Positions 52,086 to 64,000 of a stretch of 64,000 nt of DNA are shown piece after piece. Origin of the DNA: Antedon mediterranea. Taxonomy: Eukaryota; Animalia; Echinodermata. A program made the position numbers and the translations under genes. Numbering within the stretch: the stretch's first letter is position 1; each line of letters starts with the position of its first letter. Where the stretch lies: contig NC_092677.1 of assembly GCF_964355755.1 (NCBI RefSeq), forward strand, positions 1,510,101 to 1,574,100, written 5' to 3'. The notes beneath the pieces were generated by a model. The model had not been told where the DNA came from and ran no database searches. It saw nothing but the letters and a program-made list of their open reading frames with translations.

Positions 52086-55000
52086 ATGAAGAATATGAAT
52101 AGTCTTATTAAATTGTTGCTTGTTTTTATGTTTCCATCTAGTAAGTATTAAAGTGTTCACTCACTCATCTGTTATTTGTTGCCGCTACACCTCACGACTA
52201 TAATTATCTTATCCTGATTGTGTTTGTTCAGCCTATAGGCCTATTCTATTTCAGTTGATTGGAATTAAAAATGTCAAAGCGGGGATGAATTATTATTGAA
52301 CATTCTATATAGTTTATTTATTTATTTCAACTATATTTTATGGTTGTCCATCCAGTCGAGGTTCATTAGGGACTCTCAGAATAACATGTATTTTTGGTCT
52401 GTACTGCAAGTGACTCCCTGACTTTTTTCTAGATGTTTTAATGCAAGTAGTAACTGTTACACCAGCTGTTGTCAAAGAAAGCGAAACAGCTACGATAGAA
52501 TGCAGCTACACAAATCCACCCCCAGCCCTGAACTTAATCAGTTGGTACCGTAGCGACGAACAAGGCAACCAAGAAGGAAATCCACTTGCTATTACTGATA
52601 CTACTCCATCACCAAATAGCCGTTATTCTCTAATAAGTGGTACAAATAGAGGTGATCTTAGGATTTCAGATGTTGTCAAGGCTGATGCAGGGAACTATGA
52701 GTGTAATGTGGTGTTTGCTGGCGGTATTATTATGAACAAGGTTACCAATCTTACCGTTCAATGTATGTATTAAAATTGAATGACATATACGAGATATATA
52801 CAGTCTACATTGTGCCTAGGTTACCTAGACAAACCGAGAGGCCTTTCCAACTCTGTGAGTTGCACCCTCATGTAGATGACCTCACCCATACATCTGTTAG
52901 TGCTTCAGACGATCTGTCCACTGAATTAATCCTTAAGTTATAAATAATAATTAAGAGGAATGTTTATTAATTAATTTAATATTAAAATTACAGACTGCAT
53001 TTTAAGGCATATAGTATTTGCTGTTTGTATGCGAGAACAGTGTTGATTGAGGTAGACACTTAACCTCCCCCAACATACACCCCTCCCCCTCACCTTTGTT
53101 AGGAAATGTTAGTTTGCAGATTTGTAATTATTTTCAAATTAGTGTCTGCATTCAATTTTTACAAATCAGAATGAGCACTAAACCCTAAAACACACAAAGG
53201 AATTTGAGTAAATTTGGAGAATATCTCCTATAAATTAATTAAGTGTGTCAGATGTCTTGGAGACAATTACTGACGGGAGGTGAAGGGCGCCCCCCGTGGA
53301 TTTGAGATGTTGTGTGCGGATGAGGAGAACGCACGAGAGGAGAGATGAACACGACGAAGAGAGTTGGATGGACATTTCCGAGTAATGATGTTTATATTAC
53401 TTGTTAGTTAATAATTTGATGTTTAAGAGGTATAATACGACGTTGGAAATAGAATTCGAGTGTGAAGATGTTTACTGTAGTTTGAACTTACATGGATTGT
53501 AAAGGATTTCATAGATTTAGAGTAGATTACTATACGAAAAGTTTGTTAATTTGTATTCAATGTTATCAACGGATCAAGATTGTTGAAGCTTGCCATGGTT
53601 GAAGTGTTACTGATATTGGAATTGTTTTAGTTCAAGACAAAGAATTGTTGATACTGTTTTGTACTACTTATTAAACTGTTGCAAAATTTTATACTTAATC
53701 GTATTCACTTTATTTGGATTCTTTACGATCTGAGGGGCTATACTTATTGATAACTCCCACACCCCCACATTACGAGAAATGGCGACGAGGATGGGATGTA
53801 GCAGTTTGTAAGTACTGTACAATTACCATAATTGTAAACTTCTAGCATAGGCCTAGATCCCGATTACGATTATTGACATTTCCGAAAGTAAACTAGGAAG
53901 CGGTTTAGCGATTCATTTATAAAGGAAGGATTTTACGACGTGGCGTACGTGTGATATAAACGGATTGTTGTGTTTACCGTTGCAGTGTTTTTGTTTAATG
54001 ACAGTTCGGCGATTGTGAAGTGCGCCACCTAGTTATGATTGAACTATAGTATTAATTCTAATTTGGAATAAGAGATCGAGTTACGTGTGGATATACTTTT
54101 GTGCAGATATTTTGATTGTGAAGGACGCCACCTATCAAGATTTGGACTAGTAATACTGTATTGTTGAAGCTAGAACTATTTTGACTTTTAAGCACTATAT
54201 TTATGAAACATTTTTATTTGTTGATTGATTGGAATTATTTTGATTGATTGATGGTATAAGTGTAATATTTATGGTAGAATAAGGGTAAAAACAAAAATTA
54301 TATACATTACCCAATAGATGTTTTTTAAGATTTTGGTGCATTAGTACATGTTAGAGATAAGCTCAGTAGTATATAAATTGTGTAATAAGAATTTATTTGT
54401 ACTGTAAGAGCTCAGTCTGAAATTATGGCAGAAGAACCAGCTGAAGATCAAGCGTCCATGCAGGGGATGATGCAGGCTTTGACTGATGTCCTACAAGGGT
54501 TAAGAGTTCAGCAAGCTCCACCTCCGGTGAAAATAGCCAAGTATAGAGGGTCTACAAAAGCAGATGGAGATTTGTCACTAAAAGAATGGTTAGATGACTT
54601 TCAGAGTTATGCCAACCACTATAACCTGACAGGAAAAGCAAAAGCGCAGTCATTATTGGATCATCTAGCAGGTTCAGCGAAAGAAGAGATTCTTTGCAGA
54701 GAAGGAAACGTGAGAGAAGACTATGACCAAGTAGTGACAGTGTTAAAGTCTTTGTTCGGACCAATAGAAACAGTACCTTCTCTAACTCGAGAATTCCACA
54801 ACCGGAACCAAAAAGATGTTGAGTCGCTAGCAGATTTTAGCCGTGTTCTAATGAGATTATATACAAAGATGGTAAAGGCAGCTGCAGTAGAAGAAGATAA
54901 GGATGCTTTGAAGAGGCTGAGGGATTATACATTGAAGGAAAGATTTGTTCATGGTGCCAAAGAAGGTTGGGTTAGGAGAGAACTAAGGAGAATAGAAATG

Positions 55001-58000
55001 CAGTGTAAAGATAAGACATTTTTGGAAATGCGGGAGGAAGTGTTAGAATTTTTTAAGGATGAAGAGCCAAGGCATCAGGCCAGAGTTTGTGAGGTGTCTA
55101 TGGAACATTCAGTAGAAGCAAGAAGGGTAGAAGAACCAGCACTAAAAGAAGAAATTGCTGCATTAAAAAATGACGTAGCGATGCTAACGAAGAGTGTACA
55201 GAGCTTGATAAATATTCAGAGTGCTGACATGGAACGAGCTAAAGAGTTAAAGTGTTACAATTGTGGCAAAAAGGGACATGCAAAGACAGACTGTACAGAG
55301 GAGACATTGTGTTTTAATTGTAAAGGAAGAGGGCATTACAGTAGAAACTGTCCGGAGAAACCTAAAGAGAAGGAAGCTAAAGGACCGGGGACAAAGCGGA
55401 TGTCAACCACACCAATGGAAAATACAGAGTTGGTAGATCGACTGGTCGCAAAAAGTCCTTGTGGTGATGTGGAAATCGGAGGCATCATGCTGGGTTGCAT
55501 TTTCGACACGGGTGCAGAAGCATCGATTATACCATCGTCACTGTATCACGATAAACTAAAAAAGAATCTTGGTGAATTACAGCCCGCATCTGGAATATTC
55601 CTAAATGTTATTGGAGTAGGCGGGATTGAAATCCCAATTAAAGGCTACATTGAGGTACCGATTGAAGTGAATGGTCAGAACTTGATGGGAAGTTTTCTAG
55701 TAGTATCAGATCAGTCTTGTACACAGAAGGACACCAAGTATCCTCTTGTAATCGGCTGCAATATTCTTAGACATTTAGTGAATTCGCCAATACAGAGCAG
55801 TAAGGATGTGGTACCAGCTATTCGGAAATACAAAATCATACTTGCGTCAGAGGAGGATAAAATGTTATTAGCGTCGAGCAAAGTGATGAATGATGGTGAT
55901 GTTCATAACAAATGTGCAGATGCACTGAGTCGTTGTCCAAGTAATACCTGTGTTAATTCCTCGGAGTTAAAAAGTGACCTGAACGTGATCGCATCCTGTT
56001 TGATGACAAAAGTTGAAGGTGGTTCCATAGAAGTAAATTCTGTTGTACCAACAGTGTTGCCGTCATTTTCACATGAAGAATTGTCAGATATGCAAAAGAA
56101 TGAAGACGTTTTCTCTAAGGGAATCATAGACGTTGGTAGATGTGCTGTGATTTCTCACCAAATCAAAGTTACAGAAGGACCACTAATTAGATTTCCATAT
56201 AGAAGGATTAATCCATCGTTGATTCCAAGAATCGCGGTACCTTTACACGCGGTAACTACAGGGATGACCAACAAACAAACAGGGAAGGCAGCTGTTTTTA
56301 AGACGGAAGATGAACAAAAAGAGGCAGCAAACCGAGAAGCCGCACGACATGATGGTCGCACTACAGACTTTAAATTGGAGGTTGGGAATAGAGTGTTGTT
56401 GAAACGAAATGCGTTTACTGGACGTCATAAGTTATCAGATAAATTTCAAGAAGTAACTCATGTGATTATAGACATGAATGAAGAACAGGATATTTATGAA
56501 GTTAGACCAGCAATGGGTGGAATTTCCAAATGGGTAAATCGACGTCAATTGCACCTTGATCCACGTGGCCAGGAATCAGATGTCTTGGAAGATCATCTTC
56601 CTATATTTGTATCAGATGAGAATAGTGAGGGTAGTGAAGAAGAAGATGACGAGGGTGATGCTTTGTTACAATTAGTGTTTACTCCTTCTGTAGAAAACAA
56701 AGAGATAGACAATATGATTGTTTCTGTAGAAAACAAAGAGATAGACAATATGATTACTTCTGTAGAGAACAAGGAGATAGAAAATCAAGTTAAGAATATT
56801 GAAGATAGGGATAAAGGGTTGAGACGATCAAGTAGATTGAATAAAGGGAAACATGGAAATCCATGTCATTTGCCGACATCGGCAGTAGGGGTTCATGATT
56901 AAAATTGTATGCTACTCTGTTAATAGAAGATCACTTGAGTATTAGGGATTAGCTTGAATTATCTTTAATAGTTGTTATGTTGATATTGCAGATAATTTAT
57001 GAAGTTTACGTTACATAGATGATAAGTAATTTGAAATTTTTTTAAATTTGTTTTTTTGTTAAGTTTTCAGAGAAATATTTTTTTTATTTGTATTGTACAT
57101 TCGGGGACGAATGTTTTTCAAACAGGGAAATTGACGGGAGGTGAAGGGCGCCCCCCGTGGATTTGAGATGTTGTGTGCGGATGAGGAGAACGCACGAGAG
57201 GAGAGATGAACACGACGAAGAGAGTTGGATGGACATTTCCGAGTAATGATGTTTATATTACTTGTTAGTTAATAATTTGATGTTTAAGAGGTATAATACG
57301 ACGTTGGAAATAGAATTCGAGTGTGAAGATGTTTACTGTAGTTTGAACTTACATGGATTGTAAAGGATTTCATAGATTTAGAGTAGATTACTATACGAAA
57401 AGTTTGTTAATTTGTATTCAATGTTATCAACGGATCAAGATTGTTGAAGCTTGCCATGGTTGAAGTGTTACTGATATTGGAATTGTTTTAGTTCAAGACA
57501 AAGAATTGTTGATACTGTTTTGTACTACTTATTAAACTGTTGCAAAATTTTATACTTAATCGTATTCACTTTATTTGGATTCTTTACGATCTGAGGGGCT
57601 ATACTTATTGATAACTCCCACACCCCCACATTACGAGATTACTACGTACTTACTAGATGCAAACATCTGACCAATTAACAATTAATATGATATATATTTG
57701 TTCTTCATCAGATCTTGATCCTCCATCAGTGAGAGAGTCCTCTATGTCCGTACTAAGTGACAGTACAGCTACGCTTGAATGTACCTTGCCAGATGGAGTA
57801 CCAACTGAAATAAGTTTTTCCTGGTTTATATTCGATGAATTAATTAATATTGATAACAGTGAAAGATTTAGTGGTTCTTTATACAACCAGAACTTGACCA
57901 TTAGTAATGTCATGTCCACTGATGAAGGATCTTATCGTTGTCGAGCCGAGAATTCTGCATATTCTGGTAGTGAAGGAAGATACAGCAGTCGCTTTCTAGA

Positions 58001-61000
58001 TTTAACAGTAAATTGTAAGAAATTTCTTTCATTTTTTTAGATTAAATCTGAAAAGAATAAAAAATGTGTGCTGTACATGATTATATTTTGCTTGAAGTTG
58101 CTTTGTGGTATAAATTTGATTTTTGCCAAATTTGTTATATTCTATTACAGATGTAGCATTAACAACTATGGAATGGATTGGAGGTAAAGTAACATGTAAG
58201 GCAGAGGGGAATCCAACGCCAAGAGTCACCGTTCAACTCGATCAATCTGATCTTGAATCCGGTACTGGTTCGGTGTCTGCTGACATTTCATGCGATACAA
58301 CATCAGTCATAACATGTGTTATTGACAATAACGTCAATCCATCTGTTACAGAAACTTTTAATTCTTGTGATGGTAAGTTGACCTCTACGTTAATCTAATC
58401 ATGTCATATTGTGAAGACAAAATAATATATTTTTATTTAGTTATTATTATTATTATTGTACCTATACATTTCAAAAATTAGAATTTGTCATTGTTCCCAA
58501 AGGTCGTAAATGCTTGTTTGCTATTTTGTTGCCACAGTATACAATAATAATTTTAATTAAAAATCTCTGGATACATTTAATATTGTCAAAATTCAACAAA
58601 GTTTCTGTCCTTAATTCAATATCAGTCTTTTCTTTAAACTTACTTGTTCAACTGGACTGTTTACTATAAATATTTTTCACTCCTGATACAGTATGCCTGT
58701 TCCAATATAGTAACTTCCCGTTGTTACCCAGGCTTTGCATGTTATGTGTTAATATGGACCTATACATTAGGTCTATGGTGTTAATACTCACTTTTAAGCT
58801 CTTAATAACCTTGCAATGTTATGACTTAATGTTAATATTGCTATGCATGTTTGCTTTTATTTCAAGATGCATGTTCTTCAAGTCCTTGTGATAATCAAGG
58901 GACTTGTGAGATTAATGATAATGGTTTTAGTTGTCAATGTACCTCAGGCTTTGAAGGTGTTACATGTAAACAAGGTATGTAGACTAGATGCATTGACACT
59001 CATAATCAAAGGGTTACATGTAAACAAGGTATGTGAACTAGATGCATTGACACTCATAATCAAAGGGTTACATGTAAACAAGGTATGTGAACTAGATGCA
59101 TTGACACTCATAATCAAAGGGTTACATGTAAACAAGGTATGTGAACTAGATGCATTGACACTCATAATCAAAGGGTTACATGTAAACAAGGTATGTGAAC
59201 TAGATGCATTGACACTCATAATCAAAGGGTTACATGTAAACAAGGTATGTAGACTAGATGCATTGACACTCATAATCAAAGGGTTACATGTAAACAAGGT
59301 ATGTAGACTAGATGCATTGACACTCATAATCAAAGGGTTACATGTAAACAAGGTATGTAGACTAGATGCATTGACACTCATAATCAAAGGGTTACATGTA
59401 AACAAGGTATGTAGACTAGATGCATTGACACTCATAATAAAAGGGTTACATGTAAACAAGGTATGTAGACTAGATGCATTGACACTCATAATCAAAGGGT
59501 TACATGTAAACAAGGTATGTAGACTAGATGCATTGACACTCATAATAAAAGGGTTACATGTAAACAAGGTATGTAGACTAGATGCATTGACACTCATAAT
59601 CAAAGGGTTACATGTAAACAAGGTATGTAGACTAGATGCATTGACACTCATAATCAAAGGGTTACATGTAAACAAGGTATGTAGACTAGATGCATTGACA
59701 CCCATAATCAAAGGGTTACATGTAAACAAGGTATGTAGACTAGATACATTGACACTCATAATCAAAGGGTTACATGTAAACAAGGTATGTAGACTAGATG
59801 TATTGACACTCATAATCAAAGGGTTACATGTAAACAAGGTATGTAGACTAGATGCATTGACACTCATAATCAAAGGGTTACATGTAAACAAGGTATGTAG
59901 ACTAGATGCATTGACACTCATAATCAAAGGGTTACATGTAAACAAGGTATGTAGACTAGATGCATTGACACTCATAATCAAAGGGTTACATGTAAACAAG
60001 GTATGTAGACTAGATGTATTGACACTCATAATCAAAGGGTTACATGTAAACAAGGTATGTGAACTAGATGCATTGACACTCATAATCAAAGGGTTACATG
60101 TAAACAAGGTATGTAAACTAAATGCCTTGACACCCATAATCAAAGGGTTACATGTAAACAAGGTATGTAAACTAAATGTATTGACACCCATAATCAAAGG
60201 GTTACATGTAAACAAGGTATGTAGACTAGATGCATTGACACTCATAATCAAAGGGTTACATGTAAACAAGGTATGTAGACTAGATGCATTGACACTCATA
60301 ATCAAAGGGTTACATGTAAACAAGGTATGTAGACTAGATGCATTGACACTCATAATCAAAGGGTTACATGTAAACAAGGTATGTAGACTAGATGCATTGA
60401 CACTCATAATCAAAGGGTTACATGTAAACAAGGTATGTAGACTAGATGTATTGACACTCATAATCAAAGGGTTACATGTAAACAAGGTATGTGAACTAGA
60501 TGCATTGACACTCATAATCAAAGGGTTACATGTAAACAAGGTATGTAAACTAAATGCCTTGACACCCATAATCAAAGGGTTACATGTAAACAAGGTATGT
60601 AGACTAGATGCATTGACACTCATAATCAAAGGGTTACATGTAAACAAGGTATGTAGACTAGATGCATTGACACTCATAATCAAAGGGTTACATGTAAACA
60701 AGGTATGTGAACTAGATGCATTGACACTCATAATCAAAGGGTTACATGTAAACAAGGTATGTGAACTAGATGCATTGACACTCATAATCAAAGGGTTACA
60801 TGTAAACAAGGTATGTGAACTAGATGCATTGACACTCATAATCAAAGGGTTACATGTAAACAAGGTATGTGAACTAGATGCATTGACACTCATAATCAAA
60901 GGGTTACATGTAAACAAGGTATGTAGACTAGATGCATTGACACTCATAATCAAAGGGTTACATGTAAACAAGGTATGTAGACTAGATGCATTGACACTCA

Positions 61001-63119
61001 TAATCAAAGGGTTACATGTAAACAAGGTATGTAGACTAGATGCATTGACACTCATAATCAAAGGGTTACATGTAAACAAGGTATGTAGACTAGATGCATT
61101 GACACTCATAATAAAAGGGTTACATGTAAACAAGGTATGTAGACTAGATGCATTGACACTCATAATCAAAGGGTTACATGTAAACAAGGTATGTAGACTA
61201 GATGCATTGACACTCATAATAAAAGGGTTACATGTAAACAAGGTATGTAGACTAGATGCATTGACACCCATAATCAAAGGGTTACATGTAAACAAGGTAT
61301 GTAGACTAGATGCATTGACACTCATAATCAAAGGGTTACATGTAAACAAGGTATGTAGACTAGATGCATTGACACCCATAATCAAAGGGTTACATGTAAA
61401 CAAGGTATGTAGACTAGATACATTGACACTCATAATCAAAGGGTTACATGTAAACAAGGTATGTAGACTAGATGTATTGACACTCATAATCAAAGGGTTA
61501 CATGTAAACAAGGTATGTAGACTAGATGCATTGACACTCATAATCAAAGGGTTACATGTAAACAAGGTATGTAGACTAGATGCATTGACACTCATAATCA
61601 AAGGGTTACATGTAAACAAGGTATGTAGACTAGATGCATTGACACTCATAATCAAAGGGTTACATGTAAACAAGGTATGTAGACTAGATGTATTGACACT
61701 CATAATCAAAGGGTTACATGTAAACAAGGTATGTGAACTAGATGCATTGACACTCATAATCAAAGGGTTACATGTAAACAAGGTATGTAAACTAAATGCC
61801 TTGACACCCATAATCAAAGGGTTACATGTAAACAAGGTATGTAAACTAAATGCATTGACACCCATAATCAAAGGGTTACATGTAAACAAGGTATGTAGAC
61901 TAGATGCATTGACACTCATAATCAAAGGGTTACATGTAAACAAGGTATGTAGACTAGATGCATTGACACTCATAATCAAAGGGTTACATGTAAACAAGGT
62001 ATGTAGACTAGATGCATTGACACTCATAATCAAAGGGTTACATGTAAACAAGGTATGTAGACTAGATGTATTGACACTCATAATCAAAGGGTTACATGTA
62101 AACAAGGTATGTGAACTAGATGCATTGACACTCATAATCAAAGGGTTACATGTAAACAAGGTATGTAAACTAAATGCCTTGACACCCATAATCAAAGGGT
62201 TACATGTAAACAAGGTATGTAGACTAGATGCCTTGACACTCATAATCAAAGGGTTACATGTAAACAAGGTATGTAGACTAGATGCATTGACACTCATAAT
62301 CAAAGGGTTACATGTAAACAAGGTATGTAGACTAGATGCATTGACACTCATAATCAAAGGGTTACATGTAAACAAGGTATGTAGACTAGATGCATTGACA
62401 CTCATAATCAAAGGGTTACATGTAAACAAGGTATGTAGACTAGATGTATTGACACTCATAATCAAAGGGTTACATGTAAACAAGGTATGTAGACTAGATA
62501 CATTGACACTCATAATCAAAGGGTTACATGTAAACAAGGTATGTAGACTAGATGCATTGACACTCATAATCAAAGGGTTACATGTAAACAAGGTATGTAG
62601 ACTAGATGTATTGACACTCATAATCAAAGGGTTACATGTAAACAAGGTATGTGAACTAGATGTATTGACACTCATAATCGAGGTGTTACTTGTTAACAAG
62701 GAATGATTCTGAAAATATAGATTTGTATTCTTTAAAAAAAATTTGATTTCAGAATATTCATCAAAATAATATTAATAATTAACTTGAAAATTATTACTTT
62801 CATGTTGAACCAAATAATACACAATTGGTATAAATACCTTTAGTCACGTTTCGTTGACATACTGTCAACTTCTTCAAACTAATACCAATTTTGTATGTAT
62901 TTTTTGGTTCAACATCATTATTGTAAACATGTTTAAAACACATGGTAACAGTTAGCCTTCTGTATTAATTGTTTAGTTTTAAGTACAGAGGTTCCAACGA
63001 GTGAGGGTGTATGTAATTCAACTGGTCTTGTTGTTGGAATGACGTTTGTTGGTGTGCTCATTGGATTCATTATCTGTTTGATTGTGGGTTTTATTATCAT
63101 CAGCAAAATAAGAAATTGA
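52086..63119 (+). CDS. Ig-superfamily receptor unit 12: leader-V(class D)-I-Ig-like-EGF-TM with a stop just after the TM
   Basis: Exons 52086-52140 ([18 protein letters not shown]), 52433-52762 (V), 57712-58014 (I-set), 58151-58372 (short Ig-like, [12 protein letters not shown]), 58867-58974 (EGF: [32 protein letters not shown]), 62977-63119 (TM then TGA). Downstream tail exons (about 63243-63263 and 63411-63539) are decayed. Confidence 0.65.
53271..57638 (+). mobile_element. Non-autonomous Ty3/Gypsy-like LTR retrotransposon
   Basis: Two apparently identical 507-bp LTRs (53271-53777, 57132-57638; TG...GA) and a TTAC target duplication. PBS tggcgacgaggatgggat (53780-53797) is complementary to the 3' end of tRNA-Ser(GCT). 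A purine tract precedes the 3' LTR. Confidence 0.92.
54425..56902 (+). CDS. Gag (two CCHC knuckles)-aspartic protease ORF with collapsed pol remnants
   Basis: [14 protein letters not shown] and [14 protein letters not shown] zinc knuckles and an FDTGAE protease motif. No YxDD RT core or DDE integrase core is visible. Confidence 0.88.
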   Translation: MAEEPAEDQASMQGMMQALTDVLQGLRVQQAPPPVKIAKYRGSTKADGDLSLKEWLDDFQSYANHYNLTGKAKAQSLLDHLAGSAKEEILCREGNVREDYDQVVTVLKSLFGPIETVPSLTREFHNRNQKDVESLADFSRVLMRLYTKMVKAAAVEEDKDALKRLRDYTLKERFVHGAKEGWVRRELRRIEMQCKDKTFLEMREEVLEFFKDEEPRHQARVCEVSMEHSVEARRVEEPALKEEIAALKNDVAMLTKSVQSLINIQSADMERAKELKCYNCGKKGHAKTDCTEETLCFNCKGRGHYSRNCPEKPKEKEAKGPGTKRMSTTPMENTELVDRLVAKSPCGDVEIGGIMLGCIFDTGAEASIIPSSLYHDKLKKNLGELQPASGIFLNVIGVGGIEIPIKGYIEVPIEVNGQNLMGSFLVVSDQSCTQKDTKYPLVIGCNILRHLVNSPIQSSKDVVPAIRKYKIILASEEDKMLLASSKVMNDGDVHNKCADALSRCPSNTCVNSSELKSDLNVIASCLMTKVEGGSIEVNSVVPTVLPSFSHEELSDMQKNEDVFSKGIIDVGRCAVISHQIKVTEGPLIRFPYRRINPSLIPRIAVPLHAVTTGMTNKQTGKAAVFKTEDEQKEAANREAARHDGRTTDFKLEVGNRVLLKRNAFTGRHKLSDKFQEVTHVIIDMNEEQDIYEVRPAMGGISKWVNRRQLHLDPRGQESDVLEDHLPIFVSDENSEGSEEEDDEGDALLQLVFTPSVENKEIDNMIVSVENKEIDNMITSVENKEIENQVKNIEDRDKGLRRSSRLNKGKHGNPCHLPTSAVGVHD
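58958..62703 (+). repeat. 54-bp minisatellite, about 69 copies, derived from the EGF exon 3' end and splice donor
   Basis: The unit is gggttacatgtaaacaaggtatgtagactagatgcattgacactcataatcaaa. Variant positions recur with a 1674-bp (31-unit) period. Confidence 0.95.
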
Positions 63120-64000
63120 AAGTTACAGGTGAAGTATGATTTAGACAGCAAGAGTATAGGAATAAAATGACCAAATGAAATACCGCATACTTTTGGTAAT
63201 GGAAAAGTATATTAATATTTAATATGATGTTTTATTTTAAAGGCACCGACATCGAAAATCAGGGTAAGGATGCTATACATTAATTATTCACTCTACTCAT
63301 CAACATCATCATCATTATTATTTTTACTATTGTCACCAATATCGCCAATAAACGTTTACACTATTTTCATTCTTCATTATCCATGCAATAAACTTCTGTA
63401 TTGTTTTTAGTTGCAAGAGTATATGACTTATACTGGAGAGACAGATAACGAAACAAACCACACATACCAAGATTTACAGAAGAAAGACGATAATTAAGCT
63501 GTATATGTAAATGTTTAAGCAAAGAAGGACAACAAATAATATACATGTTTAAAATAAAATAAGTATATTATTATAATCAATAGAATGATTGCAATGGTTT
63601 GAAACTACAATCACATACCTCTTGTTGATTGTTTTTATAGAAATAGAAGAAGTGTTTTCTTTCATTTTCTATAATAAAAATGAAATGTAAATGCTGCAAT
63701 GTATCATCATTATCAACAACACAACCTATAATAGTGAAATAATCTACCAACGGTATAACGCAACAGTAAAGATCAAATTCGTAATGTAATGTAAAAATTA
63801 AAACCATATATATACTTGCAAAATATAAAAATAAGATTAATATAATTGTATTTCTTGCTTTGATTTTTTGGAAATAAAACGTACTTGGTTGTAGACCGAC
63901 TTTAATTTCTTTCATTTGAATTAAATGTATTAATGCATATATATATATATACGGACTATACCAGCATAAGAAGAAAAATACTACAAAAAAACTATACACA

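Noticed and set aside
58958-62703. CRISPR-like array
   Set aside because: There are no unique spacers and no cas genes, and the context is eukaryotic. It is a plain minisatellite.
58843-62706. 1287-aa (+) and 1251-aa (-) repeat ORFs
   Set aside because: They are by-products of a 54-bp unit lacking stops in those frames. The real coding frame is the EGF exon 58867-58974, which is a different frame.
1462-63119. Assigning a known gene symbol (for example CEACAM, nectin, hemicentin, Dscam)
   Set aside because: Only generic Ig-fold motifs are recognisable, and orthology cannot be supported without a database search.

Overview
AT-rich, intron-containing animal (metazoan) DNA, not prokaryotic. Almost the whole window is a head-to-tail, all-plus-strand tandem array of about 13 units of an immunoglobulin-superfamily membrane receptor gene. 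The canonical unit, read from GT/AG sites and paralog comparison, is: signal-peptide exon / V-set-like Ig exon / I-set (C2-like) Ig exon / 24-27 nt Ser-Thr stalk microexon / transmembrane exon / 33 nt microexon / terminal exon encoding a tyrosine-motif tail (AYMTY...TYQDL...AVYVNV). The TM and tail exons, their introns and the 3' flanks are near-identical between units, whereas the V domains fall into at least four divergent classes and leaders are mixed and matched. All ectodomain exons are phase 1-1. Four units look intact (1462-4441, 5883-8482, 23787-25731, 31194-37633). One is intact from V downward with a borrowed leader (17499/19945-22613). One is a fused triple-V gene (38708-44195) and one is a V-I-Ig-EGF-TM gene with a dead tail (52086-63119). 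The rest are pseudogenes or fragments. The array is heavily invaded by mobile DNA: a Mutator/foldback-like element, nested Helitrons, Helentron/DINE-1-like elements, a PIF/Harbinger-like MITE, LINE fragments and a young gag-protease-only LTR retrotransposon. A 54-bp minisatellite derives from the EGF exon splice donor. Exon structures are manual predictions with no transcript support, and the species cannot be determined from the sequence alone.
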